Source of the DNA: Gammaproteobacteria bacterium
GTDB taxonomy: Bacteria; Pseudomonadota; Gammaproteobacteria; Steroidobacterales; Rariloculaceae
Length of the DNA: 64,000 bases
Direction of reading: 5' to 3'
Assembly: GCA_022820625.1 (NCBI GenBank)
Contig: JAJEFE010000077.1
Location: 20,768-84,767, forward strand
The notes under the pieces are model-generated. The model had not been told where the DNA came from, made no database searches, and was given only the letters and a program-made list of their open reading frames with translations. Below are positions 35,939 to 46,454 of this stretch, in pieces (within the stretch, counting starts at the first letter, position 1; each line of letters begins with the position of its first letter). A program made the position numbers and the translations under genes.

Positions 35939-38911
35939 ATGATGCGTTCACTGGTAATTTTCTCCGGTCTGTTCGCCGTTGCGGCGACAGCACAGGAATC
36001 CGATGCACCGCCGGCTGAAGAACTGGTTATCGAGCAGATCATCGTCACCGCAACCCGGCGCGAGGAATCGGTCACCGACGTGCCGCTGGCCGTGTCGGCG
36101 TACGACGCCCAGCGGATTGAACTCAGCCGGGTGACGGACATCATGGAGTTGATGCGCGTCGCTCCGAGCTTCCATGTCGCCTCCGGACAGGCGGAATCCG
36201 TCGGCGTTACGGCGCGAATTCGAGGCGTGGGAACCAACAGCGACAACCCGGGACTGGAATCGTCCGTCGGCATGTACGTGGACGGGGTGTACCGCAATCG
36301 GGCTACGGTGGGACTGACCGAACTGGGCGCCATCGAGCGCATCGAGGTGCTCCGGGGACCGCAGGGCACGCTGTTCGGCCGCAACAGCTCGGCCGGCGTC
36401 GTCAGCATCATTACCGCGCTGCCGGATCCCGATGGTTCGGGCTACGCCGATCTCAGTATCGGTTCCTACGGTACGAATCGGGTCGAGGCCGGTGTCAGCG
36501 GCAGCATCGGGCAGGACGCCTCGGCGCGGCTGGATGCAGTACTCTTCCAGCGCGACGGGTTTCTGGAAGACCTCAACTACGACCGAAATTTCAACAATCG
36601 CGACCGCACGTTCATTCGCGGGCAGATGGTATTCGAACCTTCCGATACGGTGCGCCTGCGCGTGATCGGCGACTACACCGACCGCGATGAAAACTGCTGT
36701 GCGGCCGTGGGCCTGATCGAAGGGCCCACGTCGGCTGCGATCCACCAGATAGCGCAGCTCCAGACTCGGAATCCGAATACCGTGGGTATCGCCTTCGATC
36801 CATTTGCCCGCGGGGCCACGGTCACGGAGACCTCCGGTTACTACCAGTCCGTCAAGGAGGGCGGCGTGTCTCTGGAGGTCGATGCGGATCTGCCGTTCGC
36901 CCGCCTGGTGAGCGTGACGGCGAAACGCGACTGGGAAACATCACGCGAAATGGACATCGACTTTTCGGCGATGGACATGGGGGAAAGGCCCCACGGCCAA
37001 TTCAACCTGGGCTTCGAGACATTTTCCCAGGAAATCCGCCTCAATGGCCAGTCCGGGCCGCTCGACTGGCTGGTAGGCGCCTACTATGCCGACGAGTATC
37101 TGCCGTACGAAGACGCGCTTGATTTCGGTTTGGGCTACAGTTTCTACGCGAACGGGATTGCCTCCCAGGCCGCGGCCGGGATCGGCGCCGGATTCGATGG
37201 ATTCCGCCAGCTTGCGCAGATTGACGCGCTGGAGGCGGGTGCGGCTGGAATCGCCCAGGGTGCCGCGCAATTGTCCGGGGGGCTGGCGGGACTGTCTGCC
37301 GGCCTGTCGCAGTTGGGCGCCGCGCTGGCGCCGTTCGCGCCGCTTCTGCCGCCCGGATTCCCGTTGCCGACGGTGCCGACAATCCCGATGGCTCCGACAC
37401 TGTCGGCCATGTTGCCGTCCTTCCCGGGCTTTGGGTTCAATCCCTGGCCGGGATACGAAGGTATAGCCGGCGCCAATCTGCACGGGCACGGCGCAAGGGA
37501 CTCGTACGAACAGGAATCCCAGTCGTGGGCGCTGTTTACGCACAACACGCTGGAATTGCAGAACGACTTCGAGCTGACGCTGGGCTTGCGCTATACCGTT
37601 GAAGACAAGTCCATGACGGCGAACCTTGTCTCCACGGATCAGGTGTGCCTGCCGTTCAGCCAGCAGTTCCTCGGTTCGCTGCAATCCACCCAGGGCTACT
37701 TCGCCGGCGTGCACGCCTATGCGGAGGCGTTGGGCGCTTATTCGGCACAACTGCAGACGCTGTCGGTGCCGACGGCGGAACTGCAGGCGTTCGCCACCCG
37801 ACTCGGTCAGTTGGCCGGCGCGTTGCCGCCGCAATTGGCAGGCATGCTGCCGCCAGGACTGAACCAGCAACTGGCAGGGCTTGCGCAGGGCGCAGCGCAG
37901 CTCGAGCAGGCTTCGCAGGGTATCCAGTCCGGGGCAGCCCAGTTGCTTCCTGGACTCCCGCAAGTGGTCGCGGGCGGCCAACAATTGCTCACGGACCCTG
38001 CCTTGGTCGAGGGTCTGGGCGCCATCGTGGCTCTGGGTTGCAACCCGTTTGCCGATCCTACCCGGGATGGAAGATACGTCGGCGACCTCGCCGAGGATGA
38101 GGCTACGGGGACTTTGCGGCTGTCCCGGAGTATCGGCGATCACCTGGTATACGGCGGCTATTCCCGGGGCTACAAGGCCGGCGGATTCAACATGGATCGA
38201 AGCGGCCTGTCCAGCCCGATTCTGTCGGGATTGGTGGGGACACCCCAATTCCCCGGCATCGACCAATGGATATTCCTCCCGGAAACGGTCGATACCTACG
38301 AGGTGGGTGCCAAGTTCAGCCTCGACGACTGGCGCGGACTGCTGGATGTCAGCCTGTTCTACGAGGATTTCGAGGGCTACCAGCTCACGGCGTTCACGGG
38401 TTTCGCGTTCGAAGCGCTAAACGTCCCGGAAGTGACATCGAAGGGCGTTGAGGTCGAGGCGCGCGGCGTGGTCAACAACAACGTCGAGATCTTCGGCGGT
38501 CTGACCTACGCGGACGTGCGATTCGGCAGCGGTCCGGAACACGGCTTCCGTGCCGGCCGGCAACTGACGCACGCTCCGAAGGTGACGGGCGTCGGTGGTT
38601 TCACCGTACGCTTCCCGCTGGGCCCCCTTGCGGGCGCTTTTCATATCGACGCGCGCTACACCGGTGATCACAACACCGGCGCCAACCTGGATCCCCTGAA
38701 GCACCAGGATGCCTACACGGTGGTCAATGCCCGGTTGATCTTCAATTCTGCGGGTGGAATGAACCCGTGGACCGTGGATTTCTGGGGACAGAACATCACC
38801 GGTACGGACTATTCCGTGACCATCTTCGACGCCCCGTTGCAGACCGGCACCTACAATTCCTTCATCGGGGATCCGCAGGTGTACGGTGTCAGTCTCCGCT
38901 ACGACTTTTAG
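35939..38911 (+). CDS. TonB-dependent receptor (990 aa) with two low-complexity heptad-like inserts
   Basis: Signal peptide. TonB-box/plug region EQIIVTATRREESVTDVPLAVS. C-terminal ...GVSLRYDF. Confidence 0.9.
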   Translation: MMRSLVIFSGLFAVAATAQESDAPPAEELVIEQIIVTATRREESVTDVPLAVSAYDAQRIELSRVTDIMELMRVAPSFHVASGQAESVGVTARIRGVGTNSDNPGLESSVGMYVDGVYRNRATVGLTELGAIERIEVLRGPQGTLFGRNSSAGVVSIITALPDPDGSGYADLSIGSYGTNRVEAGVSGSIGQDASARLDAVLFQRDGFLEDLNYDRNFNNRDRTFIRGQMVFEPSDTVRLRVIGDYTDRDENCCAAVGLIEGPTSAAIHQIAQLQTRNPNTVGIAFDPFARGATVTETSGYYQSVKEGGVSLEVDADLPFARLVSVTAKRDWETSREMDIDFSAMDMGERPHGQFNLGFETFSQEIRLNGQSGPLDWLVGAYYADEYLPYEDALDFGLGYSFYANGIASQAAAGIGAGFDGFRQLAQIDALEAGAAGIAQGAAQLSGGLAGLSAGLSQLGAALAPFAPLLPPGFPLPTVPTIPMAPTLSAMLPSFPGFGFNPWPGYEGIAGANLHGHGARDSYEQESQSWALFTHNTLELQNDFELTLGLRYTVEDKSMTANLVSTDQVCLPFSQQFLGSLQSTQGYFAGVHAYAEALGAYSAQLQTLSVPTAELQAFATRLGQLAGALPPQLAGMLPPGLNQQLAGLAQGAAQLEQASQGIQSGAAQLLPGLPQVVAGGQQLLTDPALVEGLGAIVALGCNPFADPTRDGRYVGDLAEDEATGTLRLSRSIGDHLVYGGYSRGYKAGGFNMDRSGLSSPILSGLVGTPQFPGIDQWIFLPETVDTYEVGAKFSLDDWRGLLDVSLFYEDFEGYQLTAFTGFAFEALNVPEVTSKGVEVEARGVVNNNVEIFGGLTYADVRFGSGPEHGFRAGRQLTHAPKVTGVGGFTVRFPLGPLAGAFHIDARYTGDHNTGANLDPLKHQDAYTVVNARLIFNSAGGMNPWTVDFWGQNITGTDYSVTIFDAPLQTGTYNSFIGDPQVYGVSLRYDF

Positions 38912-39003
38912 ATTGCCGTAGCCTGGCGCTCCGTGAGGCAGAACCGGGCTGGGCCGGCCCGGCCCGGTAATGCCACCTCGAGCGAATCGCCGTGGACGCA
39001 TCG

Positions 39004-39024
39004 ATAGCAATGTCCATTTGCTAT
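39004..39024. terminator. hairpin between convergent genes (ATAGCAA-N7-TTGCTAT)
   Basis: Perfect 7-bp inverted repeat between the TBDR stop (38911) and the acyl-CoA dehydrogenase stop (39035). No clear U-tract. Confidence 0.3.
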
Positions 39025-39034
39025 TGAATGGAAG

Positions 39035-40192
39035 TCAGGATGTAGTCCGAAGCAGGGATCGTGCAATGATCGATCGCTGAATTTCGCTGGTCCCTTCATA
39101 AATTGACGTTACGCGTACGTCGCGTGCGTAGCGTTCCAGCGGGCATTCCTGAACGTAGCCGTAGCCGCCAAGCATCTGGATAGCCGTATAACAGGCGCGA
39201 TTCGCCGCCTCGGACGCAAACACTTTCGCCATGGACGCCTCTCTGGCGTAGGACAGGCCGGACTCCTTGCGGTAAGCGGCGCTCATGATCAAGAGGCGCG
39301 CGGCCTCAAGTTCCGTATAGGCGTCGGCAAGCTGCCAGCGCAATCCCTGGAAATCGCTGATCGGGCGGCCGAATTGCCGGCGCTCCACGATGTAATCGCG
39401 CGCGTAATCCATCGCTGCCAGTCCGATGCCCAGCGCGAGAGAGGCTATGCCTATGCGCCCGCCAGCCAATTCTCTCATTGCAATTCGATATCCGTCATTC
39501 TCTTTGCCGAGCATTGCATCGGCCGGCAATCTACACCGATTGAACCCAACCGCGTTGGTAGCCGAGCCGCGCTGGCCCATTTTCTTCTCGGCCTTGCTGA
39601 TCGACACTCCCGGCGTGGACGGTTCCACGAGGAAGCAGGAGATTCCCTTGCCGGACGGAGCTTGCCGGTTCGTGACAGCCCAGACAACCAACACGCCGGC
39701 ATACTCCGCACTGGAAATCCACATCTTTTCGCCGGTGACGATCCACTCGTCGCCATCCCGTACCGCGGTTGTTTTCATGGATGCCGGATCGGAGCCCGCT
39801 CCGGTTTCCGACAGGCAGAAGGCCGCGGCCCTGTATTGACCGGAGCAAATCCGGGGCAGGTATCGCTCCTTTTGCGGACTGCTTCCAACGGCCTGGATGA
39901 CTTCCGCAACCATATTGGTCACCGAGGTCGTGACTGCGGTCGACGCGCACGCCCTGGCGAGTTCCGTGATGGCAAGGCTGAATGCGACCGTACCGGCTTG
40001 CGCGCCGCCAAACTCTGCGTCGACGTTCAGTCCCATGAAGCCGAGTTCGGCGAGTTCGCGGAGATTGTCAAGAAACTGGCCGGTTTCGCGATTCCGGTCC
40101 AGAGCCGCGGCGACCGGCGCCAACTCACTCGTTGCGAATCGTTCTGCCGCCTCCTGGATAATGCGTTGTTCTTCGGTCAGCGAGAAGTCCAT
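39035..40192 (-). CDS. acyl-CoA dehydrogenase
   Basis: 385 aa. Sequence MDFSLTEEQRIIQE..., SETGAGSDPASMKT, and C-terminal YEGTSEIQRSIIAR. Confidence 0.9.
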   Translation of the reverse strand: MDFSLTEEQRIIQEAAERFATSELAPVAAALDRNRETGQFLDNLRELAELGFMGLNVDAEFGGAQAGTVAFSLAITELARACASTAVTTSVTNMVAEVIQAVGSSPQKERYLPRICSGQYRAAAFCLSETGAGSDPASMKTTAVRDGDEWIVTGEKMWISSAEYAGVLVVWAVTNRQAPSGKGISCFLVEPSTPGVSISKAEKKMGQRGSATNAVGFNRCRLPADAMLGKENDGYRIAMRELAGGRIGIASLALGIGLAAMDYARDYIVERRQFGRPISDFQGLRWQLADAYTELEAARLLIMSAAYRKESGLSYAREASMAKVFASEAANRACYTAIQMLGGYGYVQECPLERYARDVRVTSIYEGTSEIQRSIIARSLLRTTS

Positions 40193-40239
40193 AAGACCCT
40201 ATTTCGACATTGTGTCCGACACCCAGGTCTGAAGCGGGG

Positions 40240-43200
40240 CTACATGTTGCGGCGGTATTCGCCGCCCACGGCATAAAGGGCATGGGAGATCTGGCCAAGT
40301 GAACTGCACCTGACCGTGTCCATGAGTTCCGCGAAGACATTGCCCCGCGCCCGCGCGACCTGCTGAAGGTTTTCCAGCGCCGTGGCCGACCCTTCCGCGT
40401 GCGCGGCCTGGAACGCCCTGACGTTGCGGATCTGTGCCCGCTTTTCTTCCACGGTGGAGCGAATGAGTTCCCTGCCGCGGGACTCGTCCTCCTGTCCGGC
40501 CTCGGGCAGGAAGGTGTTGACGCCGACAATGGGAAACGATCCGTCATGCTTGCGGCTTTCGTAGTAGAGGCTCTCGTCCTGGATCTTGCCGCGTTGGTAC
40601 ATCCTGTCCATGGCGCCGAGCACGCCTCCGCGTTCGGAGATTCGCTCGAATTCCCGGTAGACAGCTTCCTCCACCAGGTCCGTCAGTTCATCGGCGATGA
40701 ACGAACCCTGCAAGGCGTTTTCGCAGTAGTTGAGCCCCAGTTCCCTGGCGATGATCAACTGGATGGCCACGGCACGGCGCACCGAATGCTCGGTGGGCGT
40801 CGTGATGGCTTCGTCGAAGGCGTTGGTGTGCAGGCTGTTGCAGTTGTCGAGGAGCGCGTACAGCGCCTGCAGGGTCGTGCGGATGTCGTTGAAGGAGATT
40901 TCCTGGGCGTGCAGGCTGCGGCCGGACGTCTGGATGTGGTACTTGAGCATCTGGCTGCGGGCGTTGGCGCCGTATCGCTCCCGCATGGCGCGTGCCCAGA
41001 TGCGCCGTGCCACCCGGCCGATGACCGTGTATTCCGGGTCCATGCCATTGGAGAAGAAGAAGCTCAGGTTGGGCGCGAAAGCGTCGATGTCCATGCCGCG
41101 GGCCAGGTAGTACTCGACGATGGTGAAGCCGTTGGCCAGCGTGAAGGCGAGCTGGCTGATGGGATTGGCGCCTGCTTCGGCGATGTGATAGCCGCTGATG
41201 GATACGCTGTAGTAGTTGGCGACGCAATTGTCGATAAAGTACTGCTGCACGTCGCCCATCATCTTCATGGCGAATTCGGTGGAGAAGATGCAGGTGTTCT
41301 GCGCCTGGTCTTCCTTGAGGATGTCTGCCTGGACCGTTCCCCGGACCGATGCCAGCGTGGCCGCGCGTATCTTCTCGTAGGTCTCCGCGGGGACGAGCCG
41401 GTCGCCCGAGATCCCGAGCAGCGCGAGGCCGAGTCCGTCGTTGCCGGAAGGCAACTCGCCCGCATATCGCGGTCGCTCCCGGTCGGCGAACCAGGATTCG
41501 ATCTTTTTCTCCGCCTTTGTCCACGCGCCAGTTTCCCGCAGGTGTTTCTCCACCTGCTGATCGATCGCCGCGTTCATGAAGAACGCCAGGATCATTGGCG
41601 CGGGGCCGTTGATGGTCATGGACACGGAGGTCGCCGAATCGCAGAGGTCGAAACCCGAATACAGCTTCTTCATGTCATCCACGGTGGCGATGGAAACGCC
41701 CGAATTGCCGACCTTGCCGTAGATGTCCGGACGCTCGTGGGGATCCTCTCCATACAGCGTCACAGAATCGAATGCAGTGGAGAGACGCGATGCTTCGTGC
41801 CCGCGGGCCAGGTAGTGGAAGCGCCGGTTGGTCCGCTCCGGCGTCCCCTCGCCGGCAAACATCCGGGTCGGTTCCTCTGCGGCGCGCCGGTAGGGATAGA
41901 CTCCGGCTGTGTAGGGATAGGACCCGGGCAGGTTCTCCTTCATCAGGAACGTGAGCCGGTCGCCCCAGTCCCGCAGGTTCGGAACGGCGATCTTGGGTAT
42001 GTTCAGTCCGCTCAGGGATTGCCGGTAGTTGCTGCCCGTCACTTCCTTGCCGCGCACCCGGTAGCTGTAGTGCTCGTCCCGAGTTGTCTTTCTGCGTTCG
42101 GGCCAGGTTTCGAGCAGGTCGAGGGCTTCTGCGTCGAGTTCGTCGAGGGTCTCCTGGTAACGTCGCCGCAGCGCGGTTATCGAAGGATCCGACCCGCCCG
42201 AGAGCGCGGCCTGTCCAAAGCTGCCGAAAGGCTCCGGCAACTCGGAATCGCCGAGTTCCCGCAGCGCTTCATGGAGGTGCTGCAATCGACTTGCCGCTTT
42301 CGCACGGACCCGGACGGTTTCGTTGATTTCGCGTCCCTGTTCGCTGATTTCGGCGAGGTACCGAATTCGGTTTCCGGGTATGAGCGCCATCGCTCGCGGG
42401 GGGTCGGTGGGTACGTCCAACCCGGGATCCCACTGCGCGGCATCCAGCGAGAGCTTGTCGGCGACACGCCGGCAGAGTTCGATGAACATCCGTGTGAGCC
42501 CGGGATCGCCGAATTGGCTCGCAATGGTCGGGTAGACCGGGATGTCGTCGTCGGCGACATGAAACTGCAGCCGGTTTCTCTTCCACTGTTTGCGTATATC
42601 CCTCAGTGCATCCTCGGCGCTGCGCTGGTCGTACTTGTTGAGCACGACGAGGCCGGCGTAGTCGAGCATGTCGATCTTTTCGAGTTGGCTGGCCGCACCG
42701 TAATCGCCGGTCATGACGTAAAGGGAGAAGTCCACCACATCCACGATCTCGGTGTCGCTCTGACCGATGCCCGCGGTTTCCACCAGCACCAGATCGAATC
42801 CCAGCGACTGCATGAACAGTATCTGGTCGCCCAGCACGCGGCTGGTGGCCAGGTGCTGACGGCGCGTCGCGAGGGAACGCATGAAGACCCTGGGCGAGCG
42901 CAGTGAATTCAGGCGGATGCGGTCGGCCAGCAGCGCTCCGCCGGTGCGCCGGCGCGTCGGATCCACGGCGAGCACGGCCACGCGCATGGCCGGGAAGCAG
43001 GCGAGCAGGCGGTTGAGGATCTCGTCGGTGACGCTGCTCTTGCCTGCACCGCCAGTCCCGGTGATGCCGATCACGGGCACCGCAGCCGAGGCGCCACTCC
43101 AGCGTTTGCGCAGCGCTGCCATTTCGGCTGTGCCGAACAGCCCGCACTCGATGGCGGACATCGTACGTGCGACCGCCACCTCGTCTTCCAGGCCTTCCGC

Positions 43201-43767
43201 GGCCCCTGGCGCGGCCGTAGCAGAGGCCAGGGTCAATTGTGTGCCGGTCCGGGCGTCAGTCTCCGAAACAGGCGAGGCGACCGAAACACGATGGGCCCGG
43301 GTGCGCTCGATCAGGTCGCCGATCATGGCATCAAGCCCCAGGGACATGCCGTCGTTGGGGTGGTAGATGCGTTCCACCCCGTACGCCATGAGTTCGTCGA
43401 TCTCGTCCGGCGTGATCGTTCCCCCGCCGCCGCCGAAGACGCGGATGTGTCCCGCGCCAAACTCCTCGAGCCGGTCGATCATGTAACGGAAGAACTCCAT
43501 GTGGCCGCCCTGATAGGAGCTCACGGCGATGCCGTCGGCGTCCTCCTGGATCGCGGCGCGCACGATCTCGTCCACGCCGCGATTGTGGCCGAGATGGATG
43601 ACCTCGACGCCATGGTTCTGAATCAGCCGCCGCATGATGTTGATCGCCGCGTCATGCCCGTCGAACAGGGAAGCCGCAGTGATGAAGCGAAGCGGCAGGG
43701 TGGTATCGCCCCCCAGGGAATCCGGAAGTTTTCCGGTTGCGGAATCAGGTCTGGGTACCGCGATCAT
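40240..43767 (-). CDS. icmF: fused isobutyryl-CoA mutase (B12-binding domain + MeaB-like GTPase + mutase catalytic domain)
   Basis: 1175 aa. N-terminal B12 domain ([13 protein letters not shown], DxHxxG-type). P-loop [13 protein letters not shown]-terminal methylmalonyl-CoA-mutase-like barrel. Confidence 0.85.
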   Translation of the reverse strand: MIAVPRPDSATGKLPDSLGGDTTLPLRFITAASLFDGHDAAINIMRRLIQNHGVEVIHLGHNRGVDEIVRAAIQEDADGIAVSSYQGGHMEFFRYMIDRLEEFGAGHIRVFGGGGGTITPDEIDELMAYGVERIYHPNDGMSLGLDAMIGDLIERTRAHRVSVASPVSETDARTGTQLTLASATAAPGAAEGLEDEVAVARTMSAIECGLFGTAEMAALRKRWSGASAAVPVIGITGTGGAGKSSVTDEILNRLLACFPAMRVAVLAVDPTRRRTGGALLADRIRLNSLRSPRVFMRSLATRRQHLATSRVLGDQILFMQSLGFDLVLVETAGIGQSDTEIVDVVDFSLYVMTGDYGAASQLEKIDMLDYAGLVVLNKYDQRSAEDALRDIRKQWKRNRLQFHVADDDIPVYPTIASQFGDPGLTRMFIELCRRVADKLSLDAAQWDPGLDVPTDPPRAMALIPGNRIRYLAEISEQGREINETVRVRAKAASRLQHLHEALRELGDSELPEPFGSFGQAALSGGSDPSITALRRRYQETLDELDAEALDLLETWPERRKTTRDEHYSYRVRGKEVTGSNYRQSLSGLNIPKIAVPNLRDWGDRLTFLMKENLPGSYPYTAGVYPYRRAAEEPTRMFAGEGTPERTNRRFHYLARGHEASRLSTAFDSVTLYGEDPHERPDIYGKVGNSGVSIATVDDMKKLYSGFDLCDSATSVSMTINGPAPMILAFFMNAAIDQQVEKHLRETGAWTKAEKKIESWFADRERPRYAGELPSGNDGLGLALLGISGDRLVPAETYEKIRAATLASVRGTVQADILKEDQAQNTCIFSTEFAMKMMGDVQQYFIDNCVANYYSVSISGYHIAEAGANPISQLAFTLANGFTIVEYYLARGMDIDAFAPNLSFFFSNGMDPEYTVIGRVARRIWARAMRERYGANARSQMLKYHIQTSGRSLHAQEISFNDIRTTLQALYALLDNCNSLHTNAFDEAITTPTEHSVRRAVAIQLIIARELGLNYCENALQGSFIADELTDLVEEAVYREFERISERGGVLGAMDRMYQRGKIQDESLYYESRKHDGSFPIVGVNTFLPEAGQEDESRGRELIRSTVEEKRAQIRNVRAFQAAHAEGSATALENLQQVARARGNVFAELMDTVRCSSLGQISHALYAVGGEYRRNM

Positions 43768-43814
43768 GTCGTCCAGCCGTCCTGCCTCGCACGTGCGCTC
43801 GAAGGCGGGGAATG

Positions 43815-43859
43815 GCCGGCTGTGAACCGGTCGAGCCGGCGCATTACTCTGCCGTAATG
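43815..43859 (-). terminator. two adjacent hairpins downstream of the TBDR gene
   Basis: GCCGGCT-N12-AGCCGGC (43815..43840) and CATTAC-N6-GTAATG (43842..43859), between the TBDR stop (43922) and the icmF start (43767). No U-tract. Confidence 0.25.
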
Positions 43860-43921
43860 CTTAGATTCCTGAAATGGGCAACCGTTCCCGGGCCGCTTCC
43901 CCAGTCACTACGACGGTGTGG

Positions 43922-46186
43922 TCAGAAAAACCACTGCCCCTGCAAAGCGAGCTGCCGCGGACGCTTGAGCAGGGCGAAATGTGCCTGGTTGCCGGCCAGC
44001 GGGTTTGACGCATTCCACTCCTTCACGAATACGTTGCTGAGGTTGCGTCCCACCAGCGCGACGCGCCACCGACCGTCTCCGCCTCCCACGCCGATACGTC
44101 CGTCCAGCATCGCATAGGAATCCTGGTACGTGTTCGGATCCGCATTGGAGTTGATGACGTATTCGGTGGTAAAGAACACGTCCGCGCGCCAGAAGAATTC
44201 CAGGTTGTTCTGCAGCGGGCGGTTGTAGTTCAGGCCGATCGTGCCGGAGATGTCGGGGGCGAATTGCAGCGGCGTGCCCGACTGGTCCTGGATGCGGTTG
44301 ATGCAGCCCTCTGCCTCTGTTTGAAACGGGTAGCAGGCCCCGGTAGTAAACACGTCGAAATTGGCGTCCAGCAGACTCAGGTAGGCGCTGACGGTGAGAT
44401 TCTCGGTTGCGGCCCAGTCGAAGTCCGCCTCCAGGCCCTGGGATAGCGCCGACCCGGCGTTCTGGGTGACGAACGTAAGTGCGTCGGCATCGAACGTCGC
44501 GACCTGCAGGTTGTCGATTTCGCTGCGAAACAGCGCCAGGTTGAGCCGCGCCGCGCCGTCGGCCAGCGTGCTCTTGGCGCCCAGTTCGTAAGCGACGACG
44601 TTTTCGGCATCGATCGGGCGGTCGAGCGCCGGAACGCCCGGCTGGTGGTTGTTGGCCCCGGCCTTGAAGCCTTTCTTGTAGCTGGCGTACAGCATCCTGT
44701 CGTCATCGGGAAACCATTCGGCCGTGATGGATGGCTGGAAGGCCGATTCGGTGTATTGCTGGTTGCGAGTGAACGTCATGCCCGCATTCTGGGGATTGTC
44801 CATCCACGGCCGTGTGGCAACGACCATGACCCGCCAGTCCTGCGCGTATACGTTGACCTTGTCGACCTCGGTATAACGTCCCGCCAGCTTCAGGTTGACG
44901 GAATCCCCGGCCTGAAACTCGACCTCGCCGAACGCCGCCCAGGAGTCGCCGTCCTCGTCGTTGTCCCTGATGACGAGCATCGCCATGGGGCCATTCGGGA
45001 ATATCGAGTTCCGGGTAAAGTTGATGTTGTTGTTCGAATCCATGTACACGCCGGCGAGCCAGTTCAGGGGTCCGTCGGCATTCGACGTGAAGCGCAATTC
45101 CTGACTGAACTGGTCGTATTCCTCGACGAAGTTCGCGACACCGAAGTCGGTTTCGCTGTGGGACGGATCCGCGAAAAACATGTTGGTGAAGTCGTAGTAG
45201 CCAGTGATCGAATTCACCGTGAAGGCATCGAGATCCCAGTCGATGCCGAGCATCGTCGAGGTCATCTCGAAATCGTAGAAGTTGTTGTCGCCCGCGGTGA
45301 CGAACAGTTCGCCCACGCGGATGAAGAAATTGTCCGGATGATTCGCCGGGTCGGCCCAGCTCGACCGGGTTTCGTTGAAGATGCAGTCTTCGAGATTCCG
45401 GTCGATCACCGCCTCCCATGCCGGCGAGCAGTTGACGGTCTGGGTGTTGCGGCCCTCCCAGAAGACGTTCATGGTTTCGAGCTTTGCATACACTTCCACG
45501 TTGTCGGCAGGGTTCCAGACGGCGCTGATCCGCGCCAGTTCGTCTTCCTGGGTCGGTTCCTTGCGGCCGTTGGCCATGTTGTTGACCCAGCCGTCCAGGC
45601 GGCGGACCTTGGCGGCGGCGCGGACGCCGAAGGTGTCGCTGAGGGGGCCACCGGCGGCGGCCGTGAGAACGGTTTCGTCGTGTTCGAATTCCCGATAGAG
45701 ATCGATGTAGCCTTCGAACTCATTGCCGGGGCGGCGGGAAGTGACATTGATGGCGCCGGCCGTTGCGTTCTTGCCGAGATACGTCGGCTGCGGACCCTTG
45801 AGTACTTCGAGCCGTTCGACGTCCAGGTAGGCGATGCGCGTGCCGCGCGCACGGCCCCAGTAAACGCCGTCGATGTAGAACGGCGCCGAATTCTCGAAAC
45901 CGAAGTTGCCGCTGGACTGGCCGACCCCGCGGATGAAGGCGTTGTCGTTCATGCCGCCCTGGGCAATGTTGACCCCGGGAATGTTCATGTCGTAGAAGTT
46001 GCTGATGGAGTAGTCCGTCAACAGGACGCCATCCACCGTGTTGATCGCCAGCGGGACCTCCTGCAGGGATTCCTCCCGCTTGGTCGCCGTGACGACGATT
46101 TCCTCAAGTTGCTGGCCCGCGGCGGGCAGCGCGAACACGCCGCAACCCGCGGCCAATATCAGTAAACGCGTGCATCGTGAATGCAT
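43922..46186 (-). CDS. TonB-dependent receptor
   Basis: ATG at 46186 preceded by GGGGAGAAG. Signal peptide LLILAAGCGVFALPAAGQ. Plug EEIVVTATKREESLQEVPLAIN. C-terminal ...LQGQWFF. Confidence 0.9.
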   Translation of the reverse strand: MHSRCTRLLILAAGCGVFALPAAGQQLEEIVVTATKREESLQEVPLAINTVDGVLLTDYSISNFYDMNIPGVNIAQGGMNDNAFIRGVGQSSGNFGFENSAPFYIDGVYWGRARGTRIAYLDVERLEVLKGPQPTYLGKNATAGAINVTSRRPGNEFEGYIDLYREFEHDETVLTAAAGGPLSDTFGVRAAAKVRRLDGWVNNMANGRKEPTQEDELARISAVWNPADNVEVYAKLETMNVFWEGRNTQTVNCSPAWEAVIDRNLEDCIFNETRSSWADPANHPDNFFIRVGELFVTAGDNNFYDFEMTSTMLGIDWDLDAFTVNSITGYYDFTNMFFADPSHSETDFGVANFVEEYDQFSQELRFTSNADGPLNWLAGVYMDSNNNINFTRNSIFPNGPMAMLVIRDNDEDGDSWAAFGEVEFQAGDSVNLKLAGRYTEVDKVNVYAQDWRVMVVATRPWMDNPQNAGMTFTRNQQYTESAFQPSITAEWFPDDDRMLYASYKKGFKAGANNHQPGVPALDRPIDAENVVAYELGAKSTLADGAARLNLALFRSEIDNLQVATFDADALTFVTQNAGSALSQGLEADFDWAATENLTVSAYLSLLDANFDVFTTGACYPFQTEAEGCINRIQDQSGTPLQFAPDISGTIGLNYNRPLQNNLEFFWRADVFFTTEYVINSNADPNTYQDSYAMLDGRIGVGGGDGRWRVALVGRNLSNVFVKEWNASNPLAGNQAHFALLKRPRQLALQGQWFF

Positions 46187-46268
46187 GACTTCTCCCCTGG
46201 ATTTGCGGCGGCAATTCTCTCGTACAGTGTTGGAACAAGGCAACAGAGGCTCTTGGTGAAGAAAAAAC

Positions 46269-46279
46269 TTGTACTACAA
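46269..46279. promoter_or_regulatory. candidate GntR/FadR-type operator, perfect palindrome TTGTACTACAA
   Basis: TTGTA-C-TACAA, 83 nt upstream of the TBDR ATG, in an AT-rich stretch. Confidence 0.5.
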
Positions 46280-46331
46280 AATTTAGAAAATAGCAAGGTT
46301 TTCACACCAATTATGGCGATTGACCTGCACA

Positions 46332-46342
46332 TTGTTGTACAG
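46332..46342. promoter_or_regulatory. candidate GntR/FadR-type operator TTGTTGTACAG
   Basis: Second site in the same promoter region. It shares TTGTTGTACA with 9854..9864. Confidence 0.4.
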
Positions 46343-46358
46343 GGCGCCGTCTGTGTCC

Positions 46359-46379
46359 GGCGCTACTATCTGTAGCGCC
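46359..46379 (-). terminator. hairpin GGCGCTAC-N5-GTAGCGCC downstream of the ASST gene
   Basis: Perfect 8-bp stem about 76 nt after the stop of 46455..48167. No U-tract. Confidence 0.3.
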
Positions 46380-46454
46380 GCCAAGTCCCCACCGCGCGGC
46401 CGTTGGTGCGGCGAATGCGTGCGGACTAACCTCAGACATTTCGCCGCAATTGAT

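Noticed and set aside
46187-46454. Possible cobalamin riboswitch in the leader of the TBDR next to icmF.
   Set aside because: I could not find a B12-box-like element or the expected multi-stem architecture by eye. Only short hairpins and the palindromic operator candidates are present. An Rfam scan is needed to be sure.
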